From NCBI GenBank assembly GCA_001872735.1, contig MNWT01000014.1:10832-74831 (forward strand): a DNA stretch of 64,000 nucleotides, read 5' to 3'. The stretch is from Verrucomicrobia bacterium CG1_02_43_26. Its GTDB lineage: Bacteria > Verrucomicrobiota > Verrucomicrobiia > Opitutales > CG1-02-43-26. The position numbers and the translations under genes were made by a program. Positions 28,601-39,092 of the stretch are shown piece by piece. Numbering within the stretch: position 1 is the first letter of the stretch; each line of letters opens with the position of its first letter. Below the pieces are notes generated by a model. The model was not told the DNA's origin. It ran no database searches and saw only the letters and a list, made by a program, of their open reading frames with translations.

Positions 28601-28791
28601 CTGCCCACGCCATGAAATCAGACCGCGAAAAGGGCATATTAGAGGGGATGGATGACTATTTAACAAAACCTGCTAAACTAAAAGACATCAAATCAGCTTT
28701 GGTAAGAGCGGTACAATTTATTAGGGAAGAAAAGAAAATTAGAAAAACACGGGGAGGCATTCCTATAAGTGGTGCTGAAGGGGGGACTTGA
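25687..28791 (+). CDS. hybrid sensor histidine kinase (MASE1-like membrane domain, 2 PAS, HisKA, HATPase, receiver)
   Basis: Polytopic N-terminus, PAS regions, H-box [13 protein letters not shown] boxes ([23 protein letters not shown]), and a receiver domain ([14 protein letters not shown] ... LTKP). Confidence 0.85.
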   Translation: MKRKLLRAKAPFFSGTVLVKILVLAVGYFFLGKYGLAFAPLDAGITPVWLPAGLALGALLYFGYNLWPGVFLGSLAVNFAISQSWGFSITAAVGNTGSILLSVILLKKYFYIKKTIEDSQHLVGFVVVGVFFTSFASAVIGASGAAFFSPVSEGFALVNKAIYTWWLGDAMGILLLVPLVFTFQPSIDYFFSKENKLASISGFLTLCVLAGLAGLSSFDIMTGSGISGMLIAFTLSPLLIWMAIGYGGFGASIGSLIIAFCMLYAAKVSQNQALIDSFLANWAIAGLGMTGALFLGVICMERKRFERNTSKALKEVEHSKKLYHAIINTSPDWIFAKDRDFRYIMANASFAKALGKSTDELIGKTEVEVGIPTEIVYGDVSQKIRGVRDDDMRVLSGETIQVLNEKMILPNGKEYIATSRKLPLKDHNNEIVAVLYFSQDITSKKRAAEALMKSEAQNTAILNAVPDTIIHVNRQGKFLDVKANRDESMFEANDRLIGSSIRENFPDQVRDQFMGCLSQISRNKRTDTLEFKLEKPSGWKYFEARLSYVDLESALIIIRDRTESILSKEKLLNAKNYAEQLNHELLDTNERLKDSINETKALAEKTKVADQAKSAFLAMMSHEIRTPLNGIIGFSELLTTTQLDDQQRKFAETISRSSENLLTILNDILDFSKIEAGKMELDNHPFNVKEIVHGVVELLSPNAKSKNLSLTCQITDDVPEVILGDKSRVRQILLNLVNNAIKFTDKGSITISVDCNNTNSSTLPMLEFTVTDTGIGISPNSLPKLFQSFSQLDSSTTRTYGGSGLGLAICKKLVEMMEGEISVKSSPNKGSSFTFIFPVVEEKVLPAEPVQKVTQSGLQPVMEVSQAVRAPREDTEVPFLIGKAFSDAYPLNILVIDDNKVNRKVASMILHRIGYDPAFAVNGSDALNVLNEKKNIDLILMDIQMPVMDGYETTRRIKTDPDLKHIYIIALSAHAMKSDREKGILEGMDDYLTKPAKLKDIKSALVRAVQFIREEKKIRKTRGGIPISGAEGGT

Positions 28792-28856
28792 ACCCCCACG
28801 TCCTTGCGGACACTAGAACCTGAATCTAGCGCGTCTACCAATTCCGCCACCCCAGC
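28770..28856 (-). tRNA. tRNA-Leu (anticodon CAG), class II with long variable arm, CCA encoded
   Basis: Hand-folded. Acceptor GCTGGGG/CTTCAGC (two G:U pairs), anticodon arm CTAGA-TTCAGGT-TCTAG, variable stem GTCC/GGAC, T-arm GGGGG-TTCAAGT-CCCCC. 87 nt. Confidence 0.9.
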
Positions 28857-28914
28857 ACAATAATCTCGGGGAAATTACTAACGTTATTTTCTTTACCCGC
28901 AAAGTCAAGTCGCA

Positions 28915-30018
28915 TTATGCCTTGTTGCTAAAGTCGAATGTATGGCACTGAGCACTGTCTCTCATGACATGATCTAATAGCACAAGGGCCGCCATCGCTT
29001 CTACAATGGGAACGGCACGCGGTAGTACGCAGGGGTCATGTCGGCCACGCCCGATCAATTCCGTTTCCTTATGGTGTAAATCCACGGTTTGTTGTTTCTT
29101 AAGAATCGTTGCCGTTGGCTTAAACCCGACTCGAAAATACAGTTCCTCGCCATTGCTAATTCCGCCCTGAATGCCTCCGGAGTAATTTGTCTTGGTGGAC
29201 ACTTTGCCTTCCTTCATTTCAAAGGCATCATTATGCTCGGATCCCTTCATATGTGTTCCCGCAAACCCACTACCTATTTCAAACGCTTTTGTTGCGGGTA
29301 AAGATAGCATCGCTTTTGCTAAATCAGCTTCAAGGCGATCAAAAACGGGTTCTCCTAAGCCAACAGGTAGTGATTTTACGCGGCACAGGACGCCCCCGCC
29401 GACAGAATCCCCCTCTTCGCGCATCTTTTCTATTAAATGAATCATCTTCGCTGCGGCTGCGTCATCAGGGCAACGAATGATGTTTTTCTCAACATCATCT
29501 ATCGTAGGAAAATGGTCTAAGGGCAGGGCTTGTATATCGTAAACGCGATCCACATAAGCCCTTATCTCTATACCGTGGGACACAGAAAGAATCTTTTTTG
29601 CGATTGCACCAGCGGCAACCCGTCCAATTGTCTCTCTTGCTGATGAACGCCCTCCGCCTTCCGGATTGCGGTGCCCATATTTTGTTTGGTAAGTGAAATC
29701 GGCATGAGAGGGTCTAAATTTATCCCGCATTTCGTTATAAGCTTCCGGCCTTGCGTCTTTATTATAAACCAGCATCGCAATCGGGCTGCCCAGGGTCTTT
29801 CCTTGGTATAGGCCGGACAGAATCACGACTTCATCTGCTTCATTACGGGGAGTAGTAATAGCGCTTTGCCCAGGACGCCTACGATCCAGTTCTTTTTGTA
29901 TTTCCAAAGCCTCCAATGGTAAATTCGGTGGGCAACCATCTATCACGACGCCCACTCCGCCACCATGGCTTTCACCAAATGTTGTAATACGAAAGATTTC
30001 GCCAAAAATATTTCCCAT
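28915..30018 (-). CDS. aroC: chorismate synthase
   Basis: GESHG motif near the N-terminus, [10 protein letters not shown] and GRHDPCV motifs. 367 aa. Confidence 0.95.
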   Translation of the reverse strand: MGNIFGEIFRITTFGESHGGGVGVVIDGCPPNLPLEALEIQKELDRRRPGQSAITTPRNEADEVVILSGLYQGKTLGSPIAMLVYNKDARPEAYNEMRDKFRPSHADFTYQTKYGHRNPEGGGRSSARETIGRVAAGAIAKKILSVSHGIEIRAYVDRVYDIQALPLDHFPTIDDVEKNIIRCPDDAAAAKMIHLIEKMREEGDSVGGGVLCRVKSLPVGLGEPVFDRLEADLAKAMLSLPATKAFEIGSGFAGTHMKGSEHNDAFEMKEGKVSTKTNYSGGIQGGISNGEELYFRVGFKPTATILKKQQTVDLHHKETELIGRGRHDPCVLPRAVPIVEAMAALVLLDHVMRDSAQCHTFDFSNKA

Positions 30019-30034
30019 AATAATATTAAAACGC

Positions 30035-30367
30035 TTAATTGTTTGAGATATTCTCAGGCCGGTTTGATTCCAGCGCCCTCATTATCTCTTGTTGTATGTC
30101 TTTGGGGCAACCTTTAATCAGAGCCAGGAATTTAGACTGAAAGTCGTGGTTTTTGTAAGTGGCAGTCTCGCAAAGGTATAGCAATATATGTTTCTTGTTT
30201 ACGCGGTAAAACCGTTTTTTGCCGCTGACAAAAATGTGCCCTAGGATCCGTTTTTGTTCAATTGCACGTCGTACAAATTCGTCCGTGGAGCCGATAAGAT
30301 TTGCTACTTCAGGGGCAGTAAACCATTCCTTTGCTTTCATCAGTTGATCAAGTTTTTCGTTCATCAT
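30035..30367 (-). CDS. small helix-turn-helix DNA-binding protein (excisionase/MerR-like HTH), putative
   Basis: 110 aa. [27 protein letters not shown]...[12 protein letters not shown] resembles an HTH_17-type motif. Confidence 0.4.
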   Translation of the reverse strand: MMNEKLDQLMKAKEWFTAPEVANLIGSTDEFVRRAIEQKRILGHIFVSGKKRFYRVNKKHILLYLCETATYKNHDFQSKFLALIKGCPKDIQQEIMRALESNRPENISNN

Positions 30368-30456
30368 AATAGGGTATTGGGTTAGTTTTTGAGATGTTTT
30401 TGTCTTTGATTAAGAGGGATTTGTAACATTTTTTTACATAAAGAGAAATTTTAATG

Positions 30457-30486
30457 TTGTAATAGATAATTTCCTTAGTGTATAAT
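30457..30486 (+). promoter_or_regulatory. sigma-70-type promoter for the XRE-family gene
   Basis: TTGTAA-N18-TATAAT, ~28 nt upstream of ATG 30515. Confidence 0.5.
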
Positions 30487-30514
30487 ATACGACAGTCAAT
30501 CCTAGAAAAGACAA

Positions 30515-30931
30515 ATGAATTATATCAATTCCACAGAGAAAATCAATAAAAAAGATAAAGAATTAAGGCGCACATTTGCTCTTCGCTTCCGTGTGCTCAT
30601 GGCTTACCATGATGTTGCCTTACACGATATTGCCAAAGCGGTCGGCTATCCGATTTCTACAATTGGTACATGGAGGAATGGACGTATTCCGTCATCTCCA
30701 GAAGCTATCCATAAGTTAGCAGACTTTTTCCGTGTCACGCCTGAGTTTTTATTATTAGGCCGTGTCAAACACGATGAAAGCCAAGCAGCTATGGAGGTTG
30801 TGAACCAAATCCGCGTTCTTCTAAGTGAGCTCGATGACCACACGGTCATCAAAGACATGCTGAAACTGGAAAGACCAGCAGCTGTTAATGAAGATGCTCA
30901 GGAAGACGACTTGGTCGCCCAATCCGTCTAA
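30515..30931 (+). CDS. XRE (Cro/CI-type) helix-turn-helix transcriptional regulator
   Basis: 138 aa. LHDIAKAVGYPISTIGTWRNGRIPSSPEAIHKLADFFRVTPEFLLLG is an HTH_3 pattern. Confidence 0.65.
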   Translation: MNYINSTEKINKKDKELRRTFALRFRVLMAYHDVALHDIAKAVGYPISTIGTWRNGRIPSSPEAIHKLADFFRVTPEFLLLGRVKHDESQAAMEVVNQIRVLLSELDDHTVIKDMLKLERPAAVNEDAQEDDLVAQSV

Positions 30932-30939
30932 TAAGCTTT

Positions 30940-31407
30940 TTAGTCCACAATGGGCTCTTTTTCTTCAGCGATTCGCTTGAATTGCTGAAGGTATTTCATA
31001 CCTGTGGGTTTCCCGAATCGGTAGATCAGGTACATAACCATCTGCCAAAATAGACTTATGCCGGACTGGGTTAAGTCTATTGTCTGGGTGAGTAATGTTC
31101 CTCCTTCTTGGTCTGTAATATGGTATATTTCATATACCACGTTCTCTTTATTGAATTCCGGGTTGTTGCATGCGATTATAAGCTCATCGGGCGGTTTGTA
31201 TGACACGATTTCCGCATTAGAAGGTAATTTTTTACCCTTCATTTTATAGGTAATCTTGTATTTATAGCCTTCCCGTCTCGAGCCATAGGATACAGGTACT
31301 ATTTCTTGTACTTTCGGGTTCCATTTGTGCCAGGTACGAGTGTCGTTCAAGAGCTCCCAAACAACCTCTTTCCGGCAATGAATCAGAGTACTGTCCTTTA
31401 ACTTCAT
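30940..31407 (-). CDS. SRPBCC (START/polyketide-cyclase-like) superfamily protein
   Basis: 155 aa. The N-terminal I.C..E.VWELL.D...W.KWNP pattern is typical of SRPBCC proteins. Confidence 0.5.
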   Translation of the reverse strand: MKLKDSTLIHCRKEVVWELLNDTRTWHKWNPKVQEIVPVSYGSRREGYKYKITYKMKGKKLPSNAEIVSYKPPDELIIACNNPEFNKENVVYEIYHITDQEGGTLLTQTIDLTQSGISLFWQMVMYLIYRFGKPTGMKYLQQFKRIAEEKEPIVD

Positions 31408-31466
31408 TGGGGTAATTTTGAGGTGAATTACCCTATTATAAAGGTAGCGTTATGCCTTTGTAAAAA

Positions 31467-32237
31467 CTAAAGCGCTTGCCGTTCGTAATCCAGTGCGGCA
31501 AGCGCGTAAAGCGCCGCTGTTTCTACCCGCAACACATTCTTGGCCAATCGAACTGGTAAAACGTTAACCGACCTTGCCATCTCGTATTCCGAAGGAGTAA
31601 AGTCGCCCTCTGGCCCAATCAGAAAAATCAACTGTTTCAAGTTTTTAAAATCTAATTTTTGGAGGGTGTTTTTTAAGGGGACACTATTCGCTTCCAAACT
31701 CCCCATCAAGCATACTTCATTATCAGAAATCGAGGCAGATAAGCTCTCTATGTAATGCTTAAAGGTTTGTATCTCAGTAATCTGGGGTATGCACAGGTTA
31801 CCGGATTGCTTGCAGGATTCAATGGCAGTGTGCTCCCAGCGTTGCCCTTTGTTTTCTTTACGTTCCGCGTTTAATTGAACCTCGGTACGTTCTGTTTGTA
31901 GGGGAATGATCCTGGTCGCCCCAATTTCGGTTGCCTTGCGTATAATGGATTCCATGGTTTTTCCTTTAGGAATCGCCACAGCCAGGGTAATTTCAGGATA
32001 TTGTCTGGTAACTGCTTTTATATTGCCTGCTGTCACAACAGCGGCATGTTTACGTATTTCAGTCACATTTCCTTCGCAAAAGCAGTTATCGGCACTAAAC
32101 AGCGTTACTTGGTCACCTACCTGTGCTCTCAAAACATTTACCAAATGGTGAGATTCCTCCTTCGATAAGGTAAATTTATGTTCTTTGTTTGGGCTATTTT
32201 TGGGTAAACCTGAATAAAAGCAGCAAAATTTCTTCAT
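31467..32237 (-). CDS. rsmE: 16S rRNA (uracil1498-N3)-methyltransferase RsmE
   Basis: PUA-like N-terminus with HHLVNVLR, and a C-terminal SPOUT region (FLIGPEGDFTPSE, LRVETAAL). Confidence 0.85.
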   Translation of the reverse strand: MKKFCCFYSGLPKNSPNKEHKFTLSKEESHHLVNVLRAQVGDQVTLFSADNCFCEGNVTEIRKHAAVVTAGNIKAVTRQYPEITLAVAIPKGKTMESIIRKATEIGATRIIPLQTERTEVQLNAERKENKGQRWEHTAIESCKQSGNLCIPQITEIQTFKHYIESLSASISDNEVCLMGSLEANSVPLKNTLQKLDFKNLKQLIFLIGPEGDFTPSEYEMARSVNVLPVRLAKNVLRVETAALYALAALDYERQAL

Positions 32238-32295
32238 TATAACTTATTGCGGTTAAGGGACTTGTGTTTTTATTTAAAATTATTTAAATTTTTTT

Positions 32296-32323
32296 GAACA
32301 AAGTCTGATTAAGGGCAGTCTAC
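32296..32323 (+). promoter_or_regulatory. ECF (RpoE/AlgU-like) type promoter candidate, sRNA candidate A
   Basis: GAAC-N19-TCTAC, preceded by an AT-rich box (TAAATTTTTTTGAAC) that is identical in copy B. Confidence 0.4.
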
Positions 32324-32329
32324 CTATAT

Positions 32330-32436
32330 GAATCTACTGGTCAACGAGTAAGATTAAAATTTTCAAGTTGGTTTGTAGTTTGTCTTTAGGTTTTGAAATA
32401 ATCGCTCACTCAAAAGGTGGGCGATTTTTCTTTTTT
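32330..32436 (+). ncRNA. candidate small RNA A (5' end approximate), ending in an intrinsic terminator
   Basis: Identical 25-nt block GGTTTGTAGTTTGTCTTTAGGTTTT (32370-32394), then hairpin AATCGCTCAC/GTGGGCGATT followed by tttttctttttt (32400-32436). No protein-coding potential. Confidence 0.5.
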
Positions 32437-32496
32437 AGAAAATTACCCGGTAGAAAGAAATTTTGCTACATGCTCAATTTTTTTTTAAATTTTTTT

Positions 32497-32524
32497 GAAC
32501 GAATGTCAGAATAAGGCTGTCTAC
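32497..32524 (+). promoter_or_regulatory. ECF-type promoter candidate, sRNA candidate B
   Basis: GAAC-N19-TCTAC with exactly the same spacing as copy A. Confidence 0.4.
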
Positions 32525-32530
32525 CCTTAT

Positions 32531-32633
32531 AGATAAACCCAATCATATTGGTGAAAATTTCAATTTAGATAGGTTTGTAGTTTGTCTTTAGGTTTTAGAA
32601 GGCCGTCTCTGTGGAGGCGGTCTTCTTGTTTTT
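32531..32633 (+). ncRNA. candidate small RNA B (5' end approximate), paralog of A
   Basis: The same 25-nt block at 32572-32596, then a 13-bp hairpin AGAAGGCCGTCTC/GAGGCGGTCTTCT followed by tgttttt (32597-32633). Confidence 0.5.
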
Positions 32634-32654
32634 CAGCTATTTTGCGGGCTTTAA

Positions 32655-33293
32655 TTAAGGTGCTAGACGCTCAATTATCCAGTTGCCTTTATCATCCAAG
32701 CGATATTGAAAGCGGTCGTGGAGGCGTTTATTCCTTCCTTGCCAGAATTCAAAAGCAATTGGGGTTATGCAATAGCCGCCCCAGTTGTCAGGAAGATCAA
32801 TGGGGTGATCTTTGAATTTTTGCTCAAATTGATCGAATCGATCATCCAAAAATGCTCGGTTAGGGACAACCTGGCTTTGAGGAGATGCCCAAGCGCCAAT
32901 CTGACTTTCACGTGGCCTTGTTTTGAAATAAGAGGCAGACGCTTCTGATGACAACTTTTCGGCACGCCCTAAAACTTGAATTTGCCTGTTTAAAGGAAGC
33001 CAAAGAAATAGAAGAGAAACATTCGGATTTAGAGTAATATCTTGTGCTTTTCGGCTACCATAGTTGGTGTAAAAGACGAATCCGCGGGAATCGAAAGACT
33101 TCAGGAGTAGGGTGCGGTTGCATGGGAAGTTGTCCTGACGGATCGTTCCTAGAGTAAAGGCATTGGGTTCTTCTATGTTTGAGTTAACCGCTTCATCGAA
33201 CCATTGCTGAAATTGCTGAATAGGATCTGCCTTAAGAGCCGTTTTTCTTAGGCCTTTCTCCGAATATTCCTTGCGCATATCATGAATTTCCAT
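32655..33293 (-). CDS. pdxH: pyridoxamine 5'-phosphate oxidase
   Basis: 212 aa. FVFYTNYGSRKA, IEFWQGR..RLHDR, and the characteristic C-terminal ...ERLAP. Confidence 0.9.
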   Translation of the reverse strand: MEIHDMRKEYSEKGLRKTALKADPIQQFQQWFDEAVNSNIEEPNAFTLGTIRQDNFPCNRTLLLKSFDSRGFVFYTNYGSRKAQDITLNPNVSLLFLWLPLNRQIQVLGRAEKLSSEASASYFKTRPRESQIGAWASPQSQVVPNRAFLDDRFDQFEQKFKDHPIDLPDNWGGYCITPIAFEFWQGRNKRLHDRFQYRLDDKGNWIIERLAP

Positions 33294-33381
33294 TGCGTAT
33301 AAACGTTTATTTGAATAGGAATGTTATTTGATTGGTAGTCACCTACGTCTAGCATTAAGGCTAAAATCAATTTTCAGGGCA

Positions 33382-34635
33382 ATGGTAATATTTCCGTTTA
33401 TCACAGATGAGGTTCTAATGGCTCTGAAGTCAGAATTTGAAACCCCTCTATTTGTCTATAGCGAGGCAGAGCTTATGCGCAACGCAAAGACTATGCTGGA
33501 TTTTCATAACCCTTACGGTTTAACCGTTCGCTATGCCATGAAAGCTTTACCAAACGCAGCTATTTTAAGGTTATTTGATAGCATGGGAATCCATATCGAT
33601 GCCAGCTCTGGTTTCGAAGCTGAGCGTGCGCTTTTGGCGGGTATTAAGGGAGAGAAAATTAGCCTGAGCAGCCAGGAGCTTCCCAGGAATTTAAGTGCGC
33701 TACTGGATTCAGGTATCTTATTTAATGCTTGTTCCCTTAGGCAGTTAGAGGCATTTGGCAAAATTCGTCCGAATCATGAAGTGGGAGTTCGTTTTAACCC
33801 AGGTCTTGGTTCAGGGGGAAGTCGTAAGACAAATGTAGGCGGCCCGTCCGCGAGTTTTGGGATATGGTACGAGAATTGGAAGGATGTAGCGGCTACAGCA
33901 GCCAAATACGGTTTGAAAATTGTACGAATTCACACCCATATCGGTTCCGGAGCAGAGGCAGAAGCTTGGCAACGTGCTGCTGAAATGAGCCTTGATATTG
34001 TGCGGCAATTTCCTGAGGTGACGATATTGAATTTGGGAGGCGGTTTTAAAGTGGGGCGCGTACCGGAGGAAAAGAGCGTGGATACCCGTTTAATCAGTTC
34101 CGCTATAACCCAAAAGCTGGAAAACTTTGCTGAAGAAACAGGCCGACAACTTCATCTGGAGGTCGAGCCAGGAACTTATCTTGTGGCTAGTGGCGGTGTA
34201 TTAATAACAACGATTGATGACATTGTCGCTACGGGGCAAGAGGGTTATGAATTTATTAAACTAAACGCTGGCCTCACGGAAATTATGCGTCCTGCCTTGT
34301 ACGGTGCGCATCACCCGATCATGGTGTTAACTGATCAATTAGCGCGAGCACCGTTTAGTTACAAGAAATATGTTGTTGTTGGGCATTGTTGTGAATCTGG
34401 CGATTTAATAACCTGCGGCGAGACTCCAGAAACAATCGCCTCAATAGAGCTGCTTGAGGCAAAAGTAGGTGATACATTAGCCATTGGGGCAGTTGGCGCC
34501 TATTGCTCAGCCATGTGCGCTAAGAATTACAATTCATTCCCAGAAGCGGCCGAAGTTTTATTAAGGGAAGATGGTACTCCAATTCTCATTCGCAAGCGCC
34601 AAACCTTAGGTCAAATTATTGAAAATGAGCTATGA
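33382..34635 (+). CDS. lysA: diaminopimelate decarboxylase (PLP-dependent Orn/DAP/Arg decarboxylase fold)
   Basis: PLP-lysine motif YAMKA, HIGSG, GGGF, EPGT and CESGD motifs. ATG 33382 is preferred over the TTG at 33328. Substrate assignment within the family is not certain. Confidence 0.7.
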   Translation: MVIFPFITDEVLMALKSEFETPLFVYSEAELMRNAKTMLDFHNPYGLTVRYAMKALPNAAILRLFDSMGIHIDASSGFEAERALLAGIKGEKISLSSQELPRNLSALLDSGILFNACSLRQLEAFGKIRPNHEVGVRFNPGLGSGGSRKTNVGGPSASFGIWYENWKDVAATAAKYGLKIVRIHTHIGSGAEAEAWQRAAEMSLDIVRQFPEVTILNLGGGFKVGRVPEEKSVDTRLISSAITQKLENFAEETGRQLHLEVEPGTYLVASGGVLITTIDDIVATGQEGYEFIKLNAGLTEIMRPALYGAHHPIMVLTDQLARAPFSYKKYVVVGHCCESGDLITCGETPETIASIELLEAKVGDTLAIGAVGAYCSAMCAKNYNSFPEAAEVLLREDGTPILIRKRQTLGQIIENEL

Positions 34636-34691
34636 TTCCGTAGGGATAATTTTACTTGCGTTAGTTTTTCCTGTGCTATAAAGTCCATGCC

Positions 34692-35240
34692 ATGGACATG
34701 ATCACTAAGTACATTGAAATCCCCGATCCCTTACACCCCGCTTTAGTACACTTTCCTATAGCGCTTATTATTTTGGCAACCCTGTGTGCCTTAATAGGCT
34801 TACTTCCCGGTAAGTTTTTTCCTCGCATGACAGCATTTGTATTAGTCCTGGCAGCTGTCGCCGCCCAGTACACATTGCAGGCCGGTGAAGATGCCGCAAA
34901 TCAATTTCTTGCTGCTTATCCCTCTGCAGAAGCCCTCTTAGACGAGCACGCTCAATGGGCTCACTGGACCTACCGAGGCTCTTTTGCGGTGGCTTTATTA
35001 GCCGTTGTTTCCATGTTCATGTTAAACGTGAAAAAAGTTTCATGGCTCCTAAGGCTTTTAACCTTTGTCGGTACGCTCTTTCTTAGCTTTTCTGTCTACC
35101 AGACGGGTATGCACGGCGGTTGGATGGTCTACGGTAAAGCACTAAAATTATCCGAAGTGCCAAGTGATGCCACAGACGGTATGATTGTCCCCGTGAACGA
35201 GCCTTCCCAAAGCCATACTTCGTCCACAAGCCACAAGTAA
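34692..35240 (+). CDS. DUF2231-like integral membrane protein
   Basis: N-terminal HPALVHFPIALIIL motif and four hydrophobic segments. 182 aa. Confidence 0.5.
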   Translation: MDMITKYIEIPDPLHPALVHFPIALIILATLCALIGLLPGKFFPRMTAFVLVLAAVAAQYTLQAGEDAANQFLAAYPSAEALLDEHAQWAHWTYRGSFAVALLAVVSMFMLNVKKVSWLLRLLTFVGTLFLSFSVYQTGMHGGWMVYGKALKLSEVPSDATDGMIVPVNEPSQSHTSSTSHK

Positions 35241-35255
35241 AGTCATTTTCAAGTA

Positions 35256-35296
35256 ACAAAAAAACTCGAAAACGATTTGTTTTCGAGTTTTTTTGT
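35256..35296. terminator. bidirectional intrinsic terminator (A-run, 9-bp stem, T-run)
   Basis: aaaaaaaCTCGAAAACgatttGTTTTCGAGttttttt, between convergent genes. Confidence 0.8.
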
Positions 35297-35319
35297 TTTT
35301 GTAAGGAGGTGATTTTACC

Positions 35320-35685
35320 CTAACTGACTCTAATAGATTTGGACTTTCTTTCCTTGGAATTGGTTAAGTTAATTTCCAGAATGCCATCCTTATACTGAGC
35401 CCTAAGTGAGTCCATATCCAGTTTGTTATTAACGCGTAGGCTTAATTGATAGTCCATCGCAGGAATCTCTTTATGGATCAATCTGTAATTATTTGAGGCG
35501 GGTTTAGATTTATTCGCGTTAAGATAAAGAATATTATTTTTTAACGTAAGCTCAATATCTTGCTTAGCGACACCCGGAAGGTGCACATTTATCTGAACTC
35601 CCTCGGGATGCGCCATGACTTCATAGTCCGGCTTCCTGAAGGCTGTTTGCGTTAGCGTTCTTTTTTCTTCTAGCAATGTTGTCAT
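35320..35685 (-). CDS. Hsp20/alpha-crystallin family small heat-shock protein
   Basis: 121 aa. Alpha-crystallin domain pattern (V.LPGV.K.DIEL......L.L...) and a C-terminal KDGILEINL motif. Confidence 0.75.
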   Translation of the reverse strand: MTTLLEEKRTLTQTAFRKPDYEVMAHPEGVQINVHLPGVAKQDIELTLKNNILYLNANKSKPASNNYRLIHKEIPAMDYQLSLRVNNKLDMDSLRAQYKDGILEINLTNSKERKSKSIRVS

Positions 35686-35705
35686 ATGTTTCTAAGGTGA
35701 AGTTG

Positions 35706-36143
35706 TTACTTAATTTCAATGCGACGCGGTTTTTTGGATTCCATCCTGGGGAGTGTTAGGTGCAGAATTCCATCTTTTAGTTCAGCGGAGACGCGATCTT
35801 TATCAACATGATCGGGAAGAAGGATACTGTTTGAGAACGAACGCTCTTTGTGCTGTTTGAACCCCTTATCCTTTTGATCAAATACTTCTTGCGCCTCAAC
35901 GGTGAGGGTATTTTCTTCCACAAAGATATTAATATTTTCCTTTTTCATGCCAGGAAGTTCCAATTGCGCATAGATATTGGAATCGTCTTCGTAAATATCA
36001 ATTAGAGCGTGGCTTTGTCCTCGTGACTGTATATTGGATAGCTCATTTAGCAAGGTGTTGAAATTTTGAAAAGGATCCCAATTGCCAAAATTCAGGTTCT
36101 CCAAAATTCCACCTCTAGATTCAGATTTGATTAGATTACTCAT
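35706..36143 (-). CDS. Hsp20/alpha-crystallin family small heat-shock protein
   Basis: 145 aa. LELPGMKKENINIFVEENTLTVEA ... AELKDGILHLTLP, with an I-x-I-like tail (RIEIK). Confidence 0.85.
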   Translation of the reverse strand: MSNLIKSESRGGILENLNFGNWDPFQNFNTLLNELSNIQSRGQSHALIDIYEDDSNIYAQLELPGMKKENINIFVEENTLTVEAQEVFDQKDKGFKQHKERSFSNSILLPDHVDKDRVSAELKDGILHLTLPRMESKKPRRIEIK

Positions 36144-36184
36144 ATTAATTCATGTCCTTTCAATTCAAGTTCACCTGATTGTAT

Positions 36185-36200
36185 TGCTAAAAGCGTGCCA
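36185..36200 (-). promoter_or_regulatory. sigma-54 (-24/-12) promoter candidate for the hsp20 operon
   Basis: The minus strand reads TGGCACGCTTTTAGCA versus consensus TGGCACG-N4-TTGCA. GG and GC are correctly spaced, and the -12 element lies ~41 nt upstream of ATG 36143. Confidence 0.55.
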
Positions 36201-36351
36201 ATAATTTGGTTTCGCTAAGTTGTTCTAGTCGAAGGAATTAAAGATTGGTGAATTTAATTTCAGTACGAAAAAATGGCACATATTTTGTGGATCTGTGTCA
36301 TTTTTTCTCGTTTTGCCCGAAGGCAGAGCTTTTAGTTGTAACTAAAAAAAT

Positions 36352-36429
36352 TGGCGTCCCGTAGGGGATTCGAACCCCTGTCGCTGGAATGAAAATCCAG
36401 TGTCCTGGACCTGGCTAGACGAACGGGAC
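36352..36429 (-). tRNA. tRNA-Glu (anticodon UUC), CCA encoded
   Basis: Hand-folded. Acceptor GTCCCGT/ACGGGAC, anticodon arm CTGGA-TTTTCAT-TCCAG, T-arm AGGGG-TTCGAAT-CCCCT. 78 nt. Confidence 0.9.
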
Positions 36430-36643
36430 ATGCCATATAATGTAGAGAATCTTACGAAAAATCGTTTCTATTGCAAGACTTTTTTAACAAATTTATGTGA
36501 CGAGTAGCGACACTTGAGAAAACACGTTGATAGTTAATGAAATAGGCGTGAAAATTTTTCCCGTACACGTGTATTTGACTTTTGTAATATATTCCAATAG
36601 CCTCATCTCTTATTTATATTATCACCGTAGACAGCTTCTTTAA

Positions 36644-39083
<2,440 letters not shown>

Positions 39084-39092
39084 CAGGCTTTA

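Noticed and set aside
32582-32815. A 77-aa plus-strand ORF starting in sRNA candidate B and running antisense into pdxH.
   Set aside because: It starts at a non-ATG codon inside the conserved 25-nt block, reads through a terminator hairpin, and overlaps the well-supported pdxH on the opposite strand.
36274-36289. A plus-strand TGGCAC-N5-TTGT string resembling a second sigma-54 promoter pointing toward tRNA-Glu and pyrG.
   Set aside because: The -12 element lacks the invariant GC, and it would drive transcription antisense to tRNA-Glu. It is more plausibly part of the CACA-N5-TGTG palindrome proposed as an upstream activator site for the minus-strand hsp20 promoter.
36563-36572. A perfect 10-bp palindrome, TACACGTGTA, upstream of pyrG, considered as a possible operator or attenuator.
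   Set aside because: It is short enough to occur by chance. There is no accompanying terminator/antiterminator structure or T-run that would suggest the CTP-sensing leader known from Bacillus pyrG.
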